A stretch of 12,901 nt of DNA from Deinococcales bacterium (GTDB lineage: Bacteria; Deinococcota; Deinococci; Deinococcales; JAAFIG01): NCBI GenBank assembly GCA_043778225.1, contig JAYWGM010000096.1, positions 1 to 12,901 of the forward strand. The letters are read 5' to 3'. Under the pieces are notes generated by a model. It did not search any database, was not told the origin of the DNA, and worked only from the letters and a program-made list of their open reading frames with translations. This document shows positions 1-9,403 of the stretch, piece by piece. How positions within the stretch are numbered: the first letter of the stretch is position 1; each line of letters starts with the position of its first letter. A program made the position numbers and the translations under genes.

Positions 1-72
1 ATGAGGTATGTTCAAGAATTACTTTTAAGACTTATGCGACAAGCTCGAGATATTTTAGGGAGGTGCGCATGA
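1..72 (+). CDS. Probable 3' end of an upstream gene of unknown function (partial)
   Basis: Frame 1 is open from base 1 (MRYVQELLLRLMRQARDILGRCA*). Its TGA (70-72) overlaps the cas3 ATG at 69 in an ATGA arrangement like other junctions in this operon. Only 23 codons are visible, so it could be chance. Confidence 0.4.
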   Translation: MRYVQELLLRLMRQARDILGRCA

Positions 73-2264
73 AACCAGAATACGCGGCGCACACACCAAC
101 GGAAGCCAAAGACCCAACAGCACCTTGGCACGAACTGCTCGAGCATTTAGAGGCTGTGGCAAAAGATGCTGCTCTTTTTGCCAACAAATTTGGGGCTGCC
201 GAGCTTGCACATTGGGCTGGAATGCTGCACGACACGGGCAAATTCAGCAGTGCTTTCCAAAATTACCTGTGGCAAGCCCATGTTGCCGACCGCGATGGCA
301 CAAGCCCACCCGAAAAAGGCAAAGTAGACCACTCGAGCACCGGCGCGGTGATTGCTCGAGTCTTAGTCAGCACCACACCTAATGCCGCTGGTCTCGAGTT
401 GCCTTGGGTGATTGCTGGGCATCATGCTGGGTTAGTATCGCGATTAGCCTTAGAAACAAGATTGCACGAAAAATCTAACGATACCGTTCTGCTTGATGGC
501 GCAGCCAAAGCCCTTGCATGGCAAAAATTAGATTTTTTAGAAACCCAACCTCTGCCACTGCCAGAATTTGCTACACCACTCGAGCGCGAATTCTTTGTGC
601 GGATGCTTTTAAGTTGCCTTGTGGATGCCGACCACTTAGACACCGAAGCCTTTGGTAGCCCCCATAAAACCGTGCTTCGCAACCAAACCCAAACCAGCCT
701 GGAGATATTGCTTGAACGCCTAAAAGCCTCACAAATCCAAATTATGCAGCACGCCAAACCGACAGCCGTCAACCAAGCTCGAGCCAAAGTGTACCAAGCT
801 GCCTTGGACGCAGCAGATAAGCCAACAGGATTTTTTAGATTGAGTGTACCGACAGGCGGCGGCAAAACCAGAAGTTCTTTGGCTTTTGCTTTACAGCACG
901 CCATCAAGCACGGACTCGAGCGAGTGATTTATATCGTGCCATTTTTAAGCATCACCACCCAAATCGCCGAAGAATTTTGTAAAATACTGGGCAGCGAGAA
1001 TGTACTCGAGCATCATAGCGCGGTTAAAACCGATTCGGAAGAAGGTTTAACCAGAGCCAAACTTGCCACCGAAAACTGGGATGCCCCAATCATCATTACC
1101 ACCGGCGTTCAATTTTTAGAGAGTCTATTTGCCAATAAAACCAGTAAGCTCCGCAAATTACACCGAATTTCTAAAGCTGTACTGATTTTTGATGAAGCCC
1201 AAACACTGCCAGCCCCGTTACTGACCCCAATTTTAGAACTATTCCATCAACTGGTGGGGCGGTACCACTCGAGCATCGTTTTATGTACCGCCACCCAACC
1301 CGCACTAGATGCAAAAAGTGGCTTCCCAGACCTCAACGCTTTTGAAATTGCGCCCAATGTGCCAGATCTTTACAGCACCTTAAAACGAGTGACCTACAGC
1401 TTCCCAACCGAATTATGGGATTACACAAAAGTTGCCAAAGAAATAAAAAATCATCCCCAAGCGCTGTGCATTGTCAATACCCGAGCCGCCGCTCGAGAAA
1501 TTTGGCAAGCCCTAAACGACGACAACGCCATTCATCTCAGCACCCATTTGTGCGGCGCACACCGCTTGGAGAAAATTCGTGAACTCAAACAACGACTGCT
1601 CGAGCGGCAAGACTGTCGAGTTGTCAGCACCCAACTGATAGAGGCTGGCGTGGATGTCGATTTTCCAGTGGTACTGCGTGCTTTAGCCCCTCTGGATAGC
1701 CTCGTTCAAGCGGCTGGACGCTGCAACCGCAACATGAAGCTCGAGCGTGGACAGGTGATTATTTTTAAGCCACAAATTCCGACCATGCCCAAAGGCAATT
1801 ATGCGGTTGCCACCCTCAAAACCCAGAATCTGTTGCAATCTGGGGTAGACCTCGATAACCCAGAAACCTTTCTCGAGTATTTTAGGCAATTGCACCTGAC
1901 CCAAATAGATACCGATGCCAAGAATATCCAAGATCTGCGTCAGCGCTTTGACTACCCAGAAGTCTACAAAGCCTTTGGGGTGATTGAAAAAGACACCACC
2001 CCAATCCTGATTCGGCACTATGCCCCCGAGGTCGTTGCCAAAATACTAGAAGCAGGCGTGAACCGTGTAACCATGCGCCGCTTGCAACCGTACTTGATTA
2101 ACGTCTATACCCACAAACTTGTGCAACTCGACCGCGCCGCCCTGATACGCCCCTGCAAAGAATTATCGGGCTATGAAAAATTTGAACTGCTCGAATGGGC
2201 AGGCAAATACCACCCTCAACTTGGCATTCTCGAGGAGGTGGATGTGACAGAATTTGTGTGTTGA
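69..2264 (+). CDS. cas3: Cas3 HD nuclease-helicase, type I-C
   Basis: N-terminal HD domain (EHLEAV, LHDTGK, HHAGL, LVDADHLDT) fused to an SF2 helicase (PTGGGKT, DEAQ, CTATQP, STQLIEAGVDVDF, QAAGRCNR). ATG at 69 is preferred over GTG at 63 because GGGAGG lies at 58-63. Confidence 0.97.
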   Translation: MKPEYAAHTPTEAKDPTAPWHELLEHLEAVAKDAALFANKFGAAELAHWAGMLHDTGKFSSAFQNYLWQAHVADRDGTSPPEKGKVDHSSTGAVIARVLVSTTPNAAGLELPWVIAGHHAGLVSRLALETRLHEKSNDTVLLDGAAKALAWQKLDFLETQPLPLPEFATPLEREFFVRMLLSCLVDADHLDTEAFGSPHKTVLRNQTQTSLEILLERLKASQIQIMQHAKPTAVNQARAKVYQAALDAADKPTGFFRLSVPTGGGKTRSSLAFALQHAIKHGLERVIYIVPFLSITTQIAEEFCKILGSENVLEHHSAVKTDSEEGLTRAKLATENWDAPIIITTGVQFLESLFANKTSKLRKLHRISKAVLIFDEAQTLPAPLLTPILELFHQLVGRYHSSIVLCTATQPALDAKSGFPDLNAFEIAPNVPDLYSTLKRVTYSFPTELWDYTKVAKEIKNHPQALCIVNTRAAAREIWQALNDDNAIHLSTHLCGAHRLEKIRELKQRLLERQDCRVVSTQLIEAGVDVDFPVVLRALAPLDSLVQAAGRCNRNMKLERGQVIIFKPQIPTMPKGNYAVATLKTQNLLQSGVDLDNPETFLEYFRQLHLTQIDTDAKNIQDLRQRFDYPEVYKAFGVIEKDTTPILIRHYAPEVVAKILEAGVNRVTMRRLQPYLINVYTHKLVQLDRAALIRPCKELSGYEKFELLEWAGKYHPQLGILEEVDVTEFVC

Positions 2265-2281
2265 AGATATGAGTGCATCAA

Positions 2282-2289
2282 AAGGAGGT
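2282..2289 (+). promoter_or_regulatory. Shine-Dalgarno site for cas5c
   Basis: AAGGAGGT, 7 nt upstream of the in-frame TTG at 2297. Confidence 0.7.
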
Positions 2290-2296
2290 TATTACC

Positions 2297-2983
2297 TTGG
2301 TTAGCCTAAAAATCTGGAGTGACTTTGCGTGTTTTACCCGACCGGAAAACAAAGTCGAGCGTGTCAGTTACGATGTCATGACCCCAAGTGCAGCGCGGGG
2401 TGTTTTGGAGAGTATATTTTGGAAACCCGAAATGCGTTTTTTAATCAGAGAAATCTGGGTTCTAAACCCAATCAAACGCTTTAGTCTGGTTCGTAACGAA
2501 GTCAAAAGCGTTGCCTTGAGCCGAGCTGCTAAATCATGGAGCGAACACGGTGGCGGGTACTTAGCCGATGAGGACCGCACCCAACGCCACGCACTGATTC
2601 TGCGCGACGTGGCTTATGTGGTCAAAGCCGAGATTGAACTGACCAAACGTGCGACCGACCCGTTACAAAAGTACACAGAAATTTTTAATCGGCGGGTCGA
2701 AAAAGGACAAGCCCACCGAATGCCGTACCTTGGCAACCGCGAATTCACCGCCAATTTTAGCCCTGTAGATGGCACAGAAACCCCGATTCTCGAGACCAAC
2801 GAACTGGGACGAATGCTGTTTGACCTTGAATTTCAAGTTCAGAAAAAAGGCGGGATTCAATTTAGGCAACACAGCCAAAACGGTAGTGTGGTCGTCGACG
2901 GAACAGCTACCCCAAAGTTTTTTCGTGCCAAACTCGAGCGTGGCATCCTAAAAATACCATCTGAACTTTATGGAGGTGCTTAG
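2297..2983 (+). CDS. cas5c: Cas5c (Cas5d), type I-C Cascade subunit and pre-crRNA processing endoribonuclease
   Basis: Signature N-terminus ACFTRPENKVERVSYDVMTPSAARG, plus IFWKP, RNEV, LRDVAY and PYLGNREF. TTG at 2297 is chosen over GTG at 2273 because of the strong RBS. Confidence 0.96.
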   Translation: MVSLKIWSDFACFTRPENKVERVSYDVMTPSAARGVLESIFWKPEMRFLIREIWVLNPIKRFSLVRNEVKSVALSRAAKSWSEHGGGYLADEDRTQRHALILRDVAYVVKAEIELTKRATDPLQKYTEIFNRRVEKGQAHRMPYLGNREFTANFSPVDGTETPILETNELGRMLFDLEFQVQKKGGIQFRQHSQNGSVVVDGTATPKFFRAKLERGILKIPSELYGGA

Positions 2984-4747
2984 ATGCTGCTCGAGCAACT
3001 GGTGCAGTATGCGGGCAAACTCGAGCGACAAGGCAAAACCTTGCCGTTTATGTACCAAGAAGCCCCGGTAAAATGGCTGATTTACCTGAATCAAGACGGA
3101 GTTTTTGAGCGTTTAGAAATGACCTCGAATGGTTTAGAAGGCAAGAAAAACACTGGCAAAGTGCTGCAAATCCCGCATTTATCGCGCCAAGGTGCTAAAG
3201 CCAAATTGCTCTGCGATGACGCGCCTTATGTGCTAAAGATGGCTCGAGAAAAAGACGACGAGAGCAAAGTGCCTTTTAAGCACGAACTTTTTAAGCAAGA
3301 ACTGCAAGAATGCTATGCCGCCACCGAACTACCCGAAATAAAAGCAATTCTGGCATTCCTCGAGACCCTGCCAATAGAATTGCCCGAAGGTTTTAATGCC
3401 AGCGATAGCCTGACATTTGTGGTCAACGGCATCATGCCAATCCATAAGACTGCCATTAAAGAATACTGGGCTGGTAAATTTTCGGTCGCCGAGACCGACA
3501 GTAAAGATAAGCCCACTTTTGCCGAATGCCTGATTTCTGGTGAATACGGCGCGGTGATGCGAATTGAGCCACTCAAAATAAAAGGTGGTGGTATACCCAA
3601 CGGTCAAACCAGTGGCATGAACATCGTTTCTACCGACAAAGACGCATTTGGCAGCTACGGCTTAAAAAGTCTCTCGAGCGCCCCGATTCGCTTACCGTTG
3701 GCGGTCAAATACGCCAACGCCTTAAATACCTTGCTGCGCGACCCAATCACCCATTTGCGGGTCGGACCAGCCGTTTATGCGTTCTGGACAAAAGAGCAAG
3801 ACACACCACCGGTGGTTGAAATCCTCAAAAATCCAAGTGCCTTATTTGCCAAACTCAAAGCCGGGCAAAGCATCCAAGAAGACCTGACCATAACCGCCAG
3901 CAGCGAACAGGTCAAAAAGTTAGTCGGCAGCATCTTTAGTGGGCAAACCCCGACAAAACTCGAGCCAGACCAATTCTATGCCGCTTGTTTCTCGGCCTCG
4001 GGCAGCCGTGTGGTCCTGCGAAGCTACCTAGCCAGTACAGTTCAGGAGGTTGGCGAACACTTGGCTCGTTATTTTTTAACCCAAGAATTGATTGATACCG
4101 AACCAATGGGCGTTTTTGAACTGAGCGCCAGCCTGTACCGCGATGCCAACAAAGAACTGACCACACCAATCATCAGCGCCTTACTCGAGAATGCACTCAA
4201 AGGCACACCTTTACCGCACAGCTACCTGATTCGCTTAGCCAACCGCAACCGCGCCGAACAGCGTATTACCAAACCTCGAGCGGTATTAACCCGCATGACC
4301 CTAATTTCAATTCGGAGGATTCGTATGGATGAACTGACCGCTTTACAACCCGACCACCCCAGTGTTGGGTATCAACTTGGGCGCTTAATGGCAGCCTTGG
4401 AGAGTTTGCAATACGCCGCTCTGGGCAAACTCAACAGCACCGTTGTGGACAGATTTTACGGCGCACTGAGCAGCACTCCGATTGTAGCCTACAGCCGCCT
4501 GATGGCAGGAGCGCGAAATCATGTCAGCAAGCTGGGCAAAGAAAGCGCTGGGGCGGCGGTGCGCGAAGAACAGCGCCTGCAACAAATCCATAGCCGAATC
4601 TCGAGTATTCCCACCCGTTTAGACCTCGAGGAACAAGCGATGTTCAGCCTTGGCTACTACCACGAAAAAGCCGATAGATTCGCCCAAATCCAAGCCGCCA
4701 AAGACCTCAAAGCCAACCCTCAAAACGCCACAGGAGGCAACCCATGA
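2984..4747 (+). CDS. cas8c: Cas8c (Csd1), type I-C large subunit
   Basis: 587 aa between cas5c and cas7c. Motifs CLISG, AFGSYG, YANALNTLL, GYQLGRLMAALESLQ, VVDRFYG and EEQAMFSLGYYHE. GGAGG RBS at 2972-2976. Confidence 0.95.
   Translation: MLLEQLVQYAGKLERQGKTLPFMYQEAPVKWLIYLNQDGVFERLEMTSNGLEGKKNTGKVLQIPHLSRQGAKAKLLCDDAPYVLKMAREKDDESKVPFKHELFKQELQECYAATELPEIKAILAFLETLPIELPEGFNASDSLTFVVNGIMPIHKTAIKEYWAGKFSVAETDSKDKPTFAECLISGEYGAVMRIEPLKIKGGGIPNGQTSGMNIVSTDKDAFGSYGLKSLSSAPIRLPLAVKYANALNTLLRDPITHLRVGPAVYAFWTKEQDTPPVVEILKNPSALFAKLKAGQSIQEDLTITASSEQVKKLVGSIFSGQTPTKLEPDQFYAACFSASGSRVVLRSYLASTVQEVGEHLARYFLTQELIDTEPMGVFELSASLYRDANKELTTPIISALLENALKGTPLPHSYLIRLANRNRAEQRITKPRAVLTRMTLISIRRIRMDELTALQPDHPSVGYQLGRLMAALESLQYAALGKLNSTVVDRFYGALSSTPIVAYSRLMAGARNHVSKLGKESAGAAVREEQRLQQIHSRISSIPTRLDLEEQAMFSLGYYHEKADRFAQIQAAKDLKANPQNATGGNP
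4314..4318 (+). promoter_or_regulatory. Internal Shine-Dalgarno site inside cas8c
   Basis: GGAGG 6 nt upstream of the in-frame ATG at 4325 (cGGAGGattcgtATG). Confidence 0.7.
4325..4747 (+). CDS. cas11c: Cas11c small subunit, translated from an internal in-frame start in cas8c (140 aa)
   Basis: In-frame ATG (offset 1341 nt from the cas8c start) with a GGAGG RBS, placed just before the C-terminal helical domain (MDELTALQPDHPSVGYQLGRL...). Internal Cas11 translation is established for type I-C. Confidence 0.78.
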   Translation: MDELTALQPDHPSVGYQLGRLMAALESLQYAALGKLNSTVVDRFYGALSSTPIVAYSRLMAGARNHVSKLGKESAGAAVREEQRLQQIHSRISSIPTRLDLEEQAMFSLGYYHEKADRFAQIQAAKDLKANPQNATGGNP

Positions 4748-5631
4748 AACACCTCGACTCGACTAAACGCCACGATTTTATGATTCTTTTTGATGTCACC
4801 GATGGCAACCCCAACGGCGACCCAGACGCAGGCAATTTACCGCGTGTAGACCCAGAAACCGGACAAGGCTTTGTGACCGATGTTGCCCTAAAACGCAAAA
4901 TTCGCAATTATGTAGACGCACTGCGCGGCAAAGAAGACCGCTTTAAGATTTATATTCAACAAGGCGCAGTCTTAAATGAACGCAATTTGCGCGCCTATAC
5001 TGCCCTAAAAAAAGATGCCAAAAAAGCCAACAGCAAGGATGTTTCCGAGACTCGAGCTTGGATGTGCGAAAACTTTTTTGATGTCCGCACCTTTGGCGCA
5101 GTCATGAGTACTGAAATCAACTGCGGACAAGTCCGCGGACCTGTGCAACTGACCTTTGCCCGAAGCGTAGACCGCATTTTGCCAATGGATGCCGCCATCA
5201 CTCGAGTTGCCCTGACCAAAGCCGATGAGAAAGCCAGCCGCGATGGCGAGACAGGCGAAAGCACCGCCTCGAGCGGCACAATCGGGCGTAAAGCCTTTAT
5301 TCCATACGGTTTATACGTCGGTTATGGTTTTTTTGTACCGAGTTACGCCGCCGATACAAAATTTGATAACACCGACTTAGAACTGGTCTGGCAAGCCCTG
5401 ATGAATATGTGGGACTTAGACCGCAGCGCCAGCCGTGGGCGCACCGCCTGCCGTGGCTTGTACGTTTTTAGCCACGATAGCGCCCTTGGCAACGCCCCCA
5501 GCCACAAACTTTTTAAGCGCATCCAAATTCCAAGCGTTGGGGTAACTCGAGCCTTTGAAGAGTACACCGTCCAAATTGATGATACTGACTTGCCTACTGG
5601 CGTGACCCTGACACGTTTACTCGAGGGTTAA
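4744..5631 (+). CDS. cas7c: Cas7c (Csd2), type I-C backbone subunit
   Basis: GNPNGDPDAGNLPR, VTDVALKRKIRNY, FFDVRTFGAV, GQVRGPVQ and DRSASRG motifs. AGGAGG RBS and ATGA overlap with cas8c. Confidence 0.97.
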   Translation: MKHLDSTKRHDFMILFDVTDGNPNGDPDAGNLPRVDPETGQGFVTDVALKRKIRNYVDALRGKEDRFKIYIQQGAVLNERNLRAYTALKKDAKKANSKDVSETRAWMCENFFDVRTFGAVMSTEINCGQVRGPVQLTFARSVDRILPMDAAITRVALTKADEKASRDGETGESTASSGTIGRKAFIPYGLYVGYGFFVPSYAADTKFDNTDLELVWQALMNMWDLDRSASRGRTACRGLYVFSHDSALGNAPSHKLFKRIQIPSVGVTRAFEEYTVQIDDTDLPTGVTLTRLLEG

Positions 5632-5632
5632 A

Positions 5633-6841
5633 ATGCGAAAAATTCTTGAGACCGTTCCAACCCTCGAGACTCCCAAGCTAACCACTTGGGAACTTACCCT
5701 AAAAACAATCACCCCAATGTTTGGCGGCAGTGCCAAAACCCGCGAAATAAACGCACAAAACCCGATTCGTCCAGCCAGCATACGCGGGCATTTGCGCTTC
5801 TGGTGGCGAGCCACAGCAGGAGCAGCCTTCTCGAGCAGTCAGGAATTATTTGAGGCAGAAAAAGCCATTTGGGGCAGTGGAGAAAAATATGGTTTGGTCA
5901 GCCTGCGGGTGCAGACACTCGATAACGGTGTGGAGATCGAACCATCTGAAATTGTCCCAGATAGAGGCACAGCCCAAAGTGGACCAATGGAAAGATTTTT
6001 TTTACATCCTTTCAACGAAAATCGTACCGAGAGACTTGCCGAAGCCGTTGGACGAAAAGAAATCAAGTTTCAATGCAGTTTGACCTTTCAAAAACCAACA
6101 ACACCAGCCCAGCAACTCGAAGTGAAAACAGCCATTCGTGCGTGGCTCGCATTCGGAGGGATTGGCGCTCGCACTCGGCGCGGTTGCGGAGCGCTCGAAG
6201 TAACTCAAGAGCGCTCCGAATGGCTACCCGAAAATCTCGAGCAACTAAAGACTTGGTTTTCGGGTGTGCCAGACCGAGCAATTGAGCGGACTTCTTTATT
6301 TGGCGGACACTTGCAATTTGGTGAAATCTGTACAGGTAGGCGCGACCAACCACCAGCTTTTGCGGCATGGCGCGAGCTTGGGCAATTCTGGACACGGTTT
6401 CGCAAAGGGCATTTCACCGAAAAACATCCGACTTTCAGTGCCATGAGCGGCGCTTCTTGGCATGACCACCGAGAATTGCAAAGTTTAGCTCCAACTGCCC
6501 AAGAAATCGAGTTGTCCAAACCATTTTATGGTTTACCACTGATTTATCAAAAATTTCGTGATGCTTTTAGTGGCGAAATAGAAGCAGTTCACCCACATGG
6601 ACGGCGTATGGCATCACCAATTATTTTGAAACCCATCGGTTTTGCCAATGGCAATGTACGGCCTTTGGTGCTGGTTTTACGCGCCCCCAGCCCAAAACGT
6701 ATCAAGATAAAGCGCCAAGAGGTTGACTTAAAACCGCCTCATTTTGATCGTGTTCTCGATGCCTTAAAAGCTCAAGACCCGCTCGATGCTATCTACAAAG
6801 CCGCCATCAAACACGGATTTGACAATGAGGTGCGCCTATGA
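5633..6841 (+). CDS. cmr1: Cmr1, type III-B RAMP subunit
   Basis: TITPMFGG, IRPASIRGHLRFWWRA, EKAIWG, G-loop FGGIGARTRRGCG, FYGLP and RRMASPIILKP. Confidence 0.95.
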   Translation: MRKILETVPTLETPKLTTWELTLKTITPMFGGSAKTREINAQNPIRPASIRGHLRFWWRATAGAAFSSSQELFEAEKAIWGSGEKYGLVSLRVQTLDNGVEIEPSEIVPDRGTAQSGPMERFFLHPFNENRTERLAEAVGRKEIKFQCSLTFQKPTTPAQQLEVKTAIRAWLAFGGIGARTRRGCGALEVTQERSEWLPENLEQLKTWFSGVPDRAIERTSLFGGHLQFGEICTGRRDQPPAFAAWRELGQFWTRFRKGHFTEKHPTFSAMSGASWHDHRELQSLAPTAQEIELSKPFYGLPLIYQKFRDAFSGEIEAVHPHGRRMASPIILKPIGFANGNVRPLVLVLRAPSPKRIKIKRQEVDLKPPHFDRVLDALKAQDPLDAIYKAAIKHGFDNEVRL

Positions 6842-8301
6842 GCTACCTGCTCGCTATTGCCATCGGACCAGTTCAAGATTTTATCGCTGCTGCACGGCGT
6901 ACCGCCGACCTTTATGCAGGTTCAGAGCTTTTAATGGAAGTCACTAAAAAAATTGCTTTGGATCTACAATCCAAAAATGCAAAGCTGATTTTCCCAAGCG
7001 AACCTGAGCAGGGCGGCGCAAATAAAATCCTTGCCGAAGTCTCGAGCGACCCGACTGAACTTGTCAAAGCCCTTAAAGCCTTGAGCCGAGATTTTTTACA
7101 AAAGGAATGGAGCAAAGCCTACTCGAGTTTTTCGGATAAAAACGCCGTACATGAGGCTCGAGCCACAGCCCAAATAGAGAATTTTCTCGAGATTTACGCT
7201 GCGTGGGTGGAGTTAGACGATTACAAAAATTCGCGTTTGCAAGTCGAGCGCTTACTGGCTGGACGCAAAGCCTTACGTGATTTTACGCAAACGCTGGGCA
7301 ATAATGCAGGCATCCCTAAAAGCCCACTTGATGCTTCTCGAGCCAGTGTTTTGAGCAATCCAGCATTGCTTGCGGATGCCACTGCCAGCTATAAGCCTCT
7401 GCGCCTAAAAGCCACCGAACATTTGGACGCAATTTCTTTGCTGAAACGTATTTATGGCGTAAGCACAACCAAAACTGTGATTGATACCCGAACAATGGCG
7501 AGACGCGCAAAAAATCCTGCGGTCGTACCCAGTGAGCGCCAAGAAGACGATGATACGACCACCGAAGCCCAACCGTATTATGCAATTTTGCACGCTGACG
7601 GCGACAAAATGGGTGACTTGATTGGGAAATTAGGAACACCAAAGGCACATCAGGAATTCTCGAGTACCCTAGCGGGGTTTGCTTCGGGTGTGGAAGCCAT
7701 CGTTAAACGGCATTACGGTTTTAAGATTTATAGCGGCGGCGATGATGTGCTGGCGTTTTTGCCGGTCAATACTGCCATTGCTTGCGCTCGAGAACTGGCA
7801 ACGGATTTTGCGAACAAACTGCCCGAGGCTTCTTTATCGGTGGGCATTGCCATAGTCCATTACCGCGAGCCGCTTTCGATGGGTCTTGATTATGCTCGAG
7901 ATGCCGAAAAAGCCGCTAAAAATAAATCTGATACAGACCCAGACAATCACGGCAATCGTTTAGCAGTGGCGCTCCATACACGCGGCGGCGCTCCTATGAC
8001 CGTGGTTGAACCTTGGAATAAGCCAGCCTTAGAAAAATTACTTGGGCATTATCAAACACAAACGGTCTCGAGGGGATTGGCTTACGAATTAAAACAATTG
8101 GCTCGAGAATGGGATAAAACTGCTTTACCAATGATTGCTCTACAAGCCGAAGCCAAACGTATCGCAGCCCGAAAAGAAGGTGAGACGCTCGAGATTCCAC
8201 CACTCGAGTCAGTCAAAGACCTTGAAGCTTTTGCCAAAAAACTTGTGTTGGTGAGATTTTTAAGTGGATTAGGAGGCGAAGATGCCAAGCAAGATATTTG
8301 A
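6838..8301 (+). CDS. cas10: Cas10/Cmr2, type III-B large subunit, compact HD-less form with intact GGDD cyclase motif
   Basis: IGPVQDFIAAARRTADLYAGSELL at the very N-terminus, YYAILHADGDKMG, IYSGGDDVLAF (GGDD at 7735-7746), SLSVGIAIVHYREPL and AEKAAK. Confidence 0.96.
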   Translation: MSYLLAIAIGPVQDFIAAARRTADLYAGSELLMEVTKKIALDLQSKNAKLIFPSEPEQGGANKILAEVSSDPTELVKALKALSRDFLQKEWSKAYSSFSDKNAVHEARATAQIENFLEIYAAWVELDDYKNSRLQVERLLAGRKALRDFTQTLGNNAGIPKSPLDASRASVLSNPALLADATASYKPLRLKATEHLDAISLLKRIYGVSTTKTVIDTRTMARRAKNPAVVPSERQEDDDTTTEAQPYYAILHADGDKMGDLIGKLGTPKAHQEFSSTLAGFASGVEAIVKRHYGFKIYSGGDDVLAFLPVNTAIACARELATDFANKLPEASLSVGIAIVHYREPLSMGLDYARDAEKAAKNKSDTDPDNHGNRLAVALHTRGGAPMTVVEPWNKPALEKLLGHYQTQTVSRGLAYELKQLAREWDKTALPMIALQAEAKRIAARKEGETLEIPPLESVKDLEAFAKKLVLVRFLSGLGGEDAKQDI

Positions 8302-9403
8302 TATTCACGCTCCAAGCCCACTGCTTTTTCGGGATGGAAAACCCTTTGGTGCAGCTGGCGGAACAGAAACCAGCGCTCGGTCTTTGGCTGTGCCATTGCC
8401 CAGCACTTTGGCGGGTTTTATTCGGACTCAGATTGGAGTAAAAAGCAGTTGGAATTGGAGTGATGGCGATACCCTAAAAAATGCACACACCATCTGTGTA
8501 TCTGGATTACTGACCAGAGACCAAAAAATTGTTTTGCCCGCCCCTCGAGATGCGGTGATTTATAAAGACAAAGCCCAAATCCTACGAATGATGTGCTTAA
8601 AACCGCTCGAGTTACCAAACAATGCTGGCACAGACGCGCCTGAAAGTATAAATCCACTGGCAATTACGCAAGATGTCAAAGCCGAAACAGGGTACGCATT
8701 TTGGACAAAAGAAGACATGACGACGTGGTTATTAAACGACACACCAAATGCCGAAAAACTCGAGAAAATAGCGGGTTTGCCACTCGAGACTCGGGTTCAT
8801 GTGGCAATCAATAAAGATTCTAAAGTTGGCGAAGAGGGGCAATTATTCAGTGTTGGCTATCGCAGTTTTGAATCTAAATCAGAAGCTGGACACCATAGAT
8901 GGAGCATCCGCACTCGGGTTAAACTGCCCGATAAAACAGCTATTTCTAAACTTGGGCATTTGGGCGGAGAACGCCGTGCAGTGACACTCGAGGAACAAGA
9001 TATTGGCAACTGGTGGGATTGCCCGACTGAACTCAAAACGGCGATTCGCAACAGTAAGTACCTAAAACTTGTGCTTGCTACTCCCGCTATTTTTACCCAC
9101 GGTTGGAAACCCGCTTGGCTCGAGGCTACAGACAGCGCCAATATGCCCAAAGGCTTACATGGCCTGAAACTTAAACTGATTTCGGCAGCCATCGGCAGAC
9201 GCGAGCCGGTATCTGGTTGGAATATCCGCGAGAACAGCGCCAAAGCTGTGCGTTATATGGTTCCGGCAGGTAGTGTTTACTTTTTTGAATTGCTGGAAGG
9301 CAACCAAGAAAAAATTCTCGAGAACTGGCTCAAACCAGTTTCTGACAACGAACAAGACCGCAAAGACGGTTTTGGCTTAGCCCTTTGGGGAGTGTGGAAA
9401 TAA
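8282..9403 (+). CDS. cmr3: Cmr3, type III-B Cas5-family subunit
   Basis: PLLFRDGKPF, PLPSTLAGFIRT, LGGERR, LVLATPAIF, VSGWN, VPAGSVYFF and DGFGL. 20-nt overlap with cas10, with AGGAGG upstream. Confidence 0.95.
   Translation: MPSKIFDIHAPSPLLFRDGKPFGAAGGTETSARSLAVPLPSTLAGFIRTQIGVKSSWNWSDGDTLKNAHTICVSGLLTRDQKIVLPAPRDAVIYKDKAQILRMMCLKPLELPNNAGTDAPESINPLAITQDVKAETGYAFWTKEDMTTWLLNDTPNAEKLEKIAGLPLETRVHVAINKDSKVGEEGQLFSVGYRSFESKSEAGHHRWSIRTRVKLPDKTAISKLGHLGGERRAVTLEEQDIGNWWDCPTELKTAIRNSKYLKLVLATPAIFTHGWKPAWLEATDSANMPKGLHGLKLKLISAAIGRREPVSGWNIRENSAKAVRYMVPAGSVYFFELLEGNQEKILENWLKPVSDNEQDRKDGFGLALWGVWK

Noticed and set aside
6242..7040. About 800-bp stretch without CTCGAG in cmr1/cas10 as a recently exchanged segment
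   Set aside because: It is the longest of about 80 intervals and is plausible under random spacing; there is no other supporting signal.
8188..8208. Closely spaced CTCGAG pairs as hairpins or terminators (also 9865-9890)
   Set aside because: They are intragenic, have only 6-bp arms and no U-tract, and are explained by the hexamer's abundance.
6838..8301. cas10 as a truncated pseudogene
   Set aside because: The ORF is uninterrupted, coupled at both ends and retains both Palm motifs, and a cOA-sensing effector is present.
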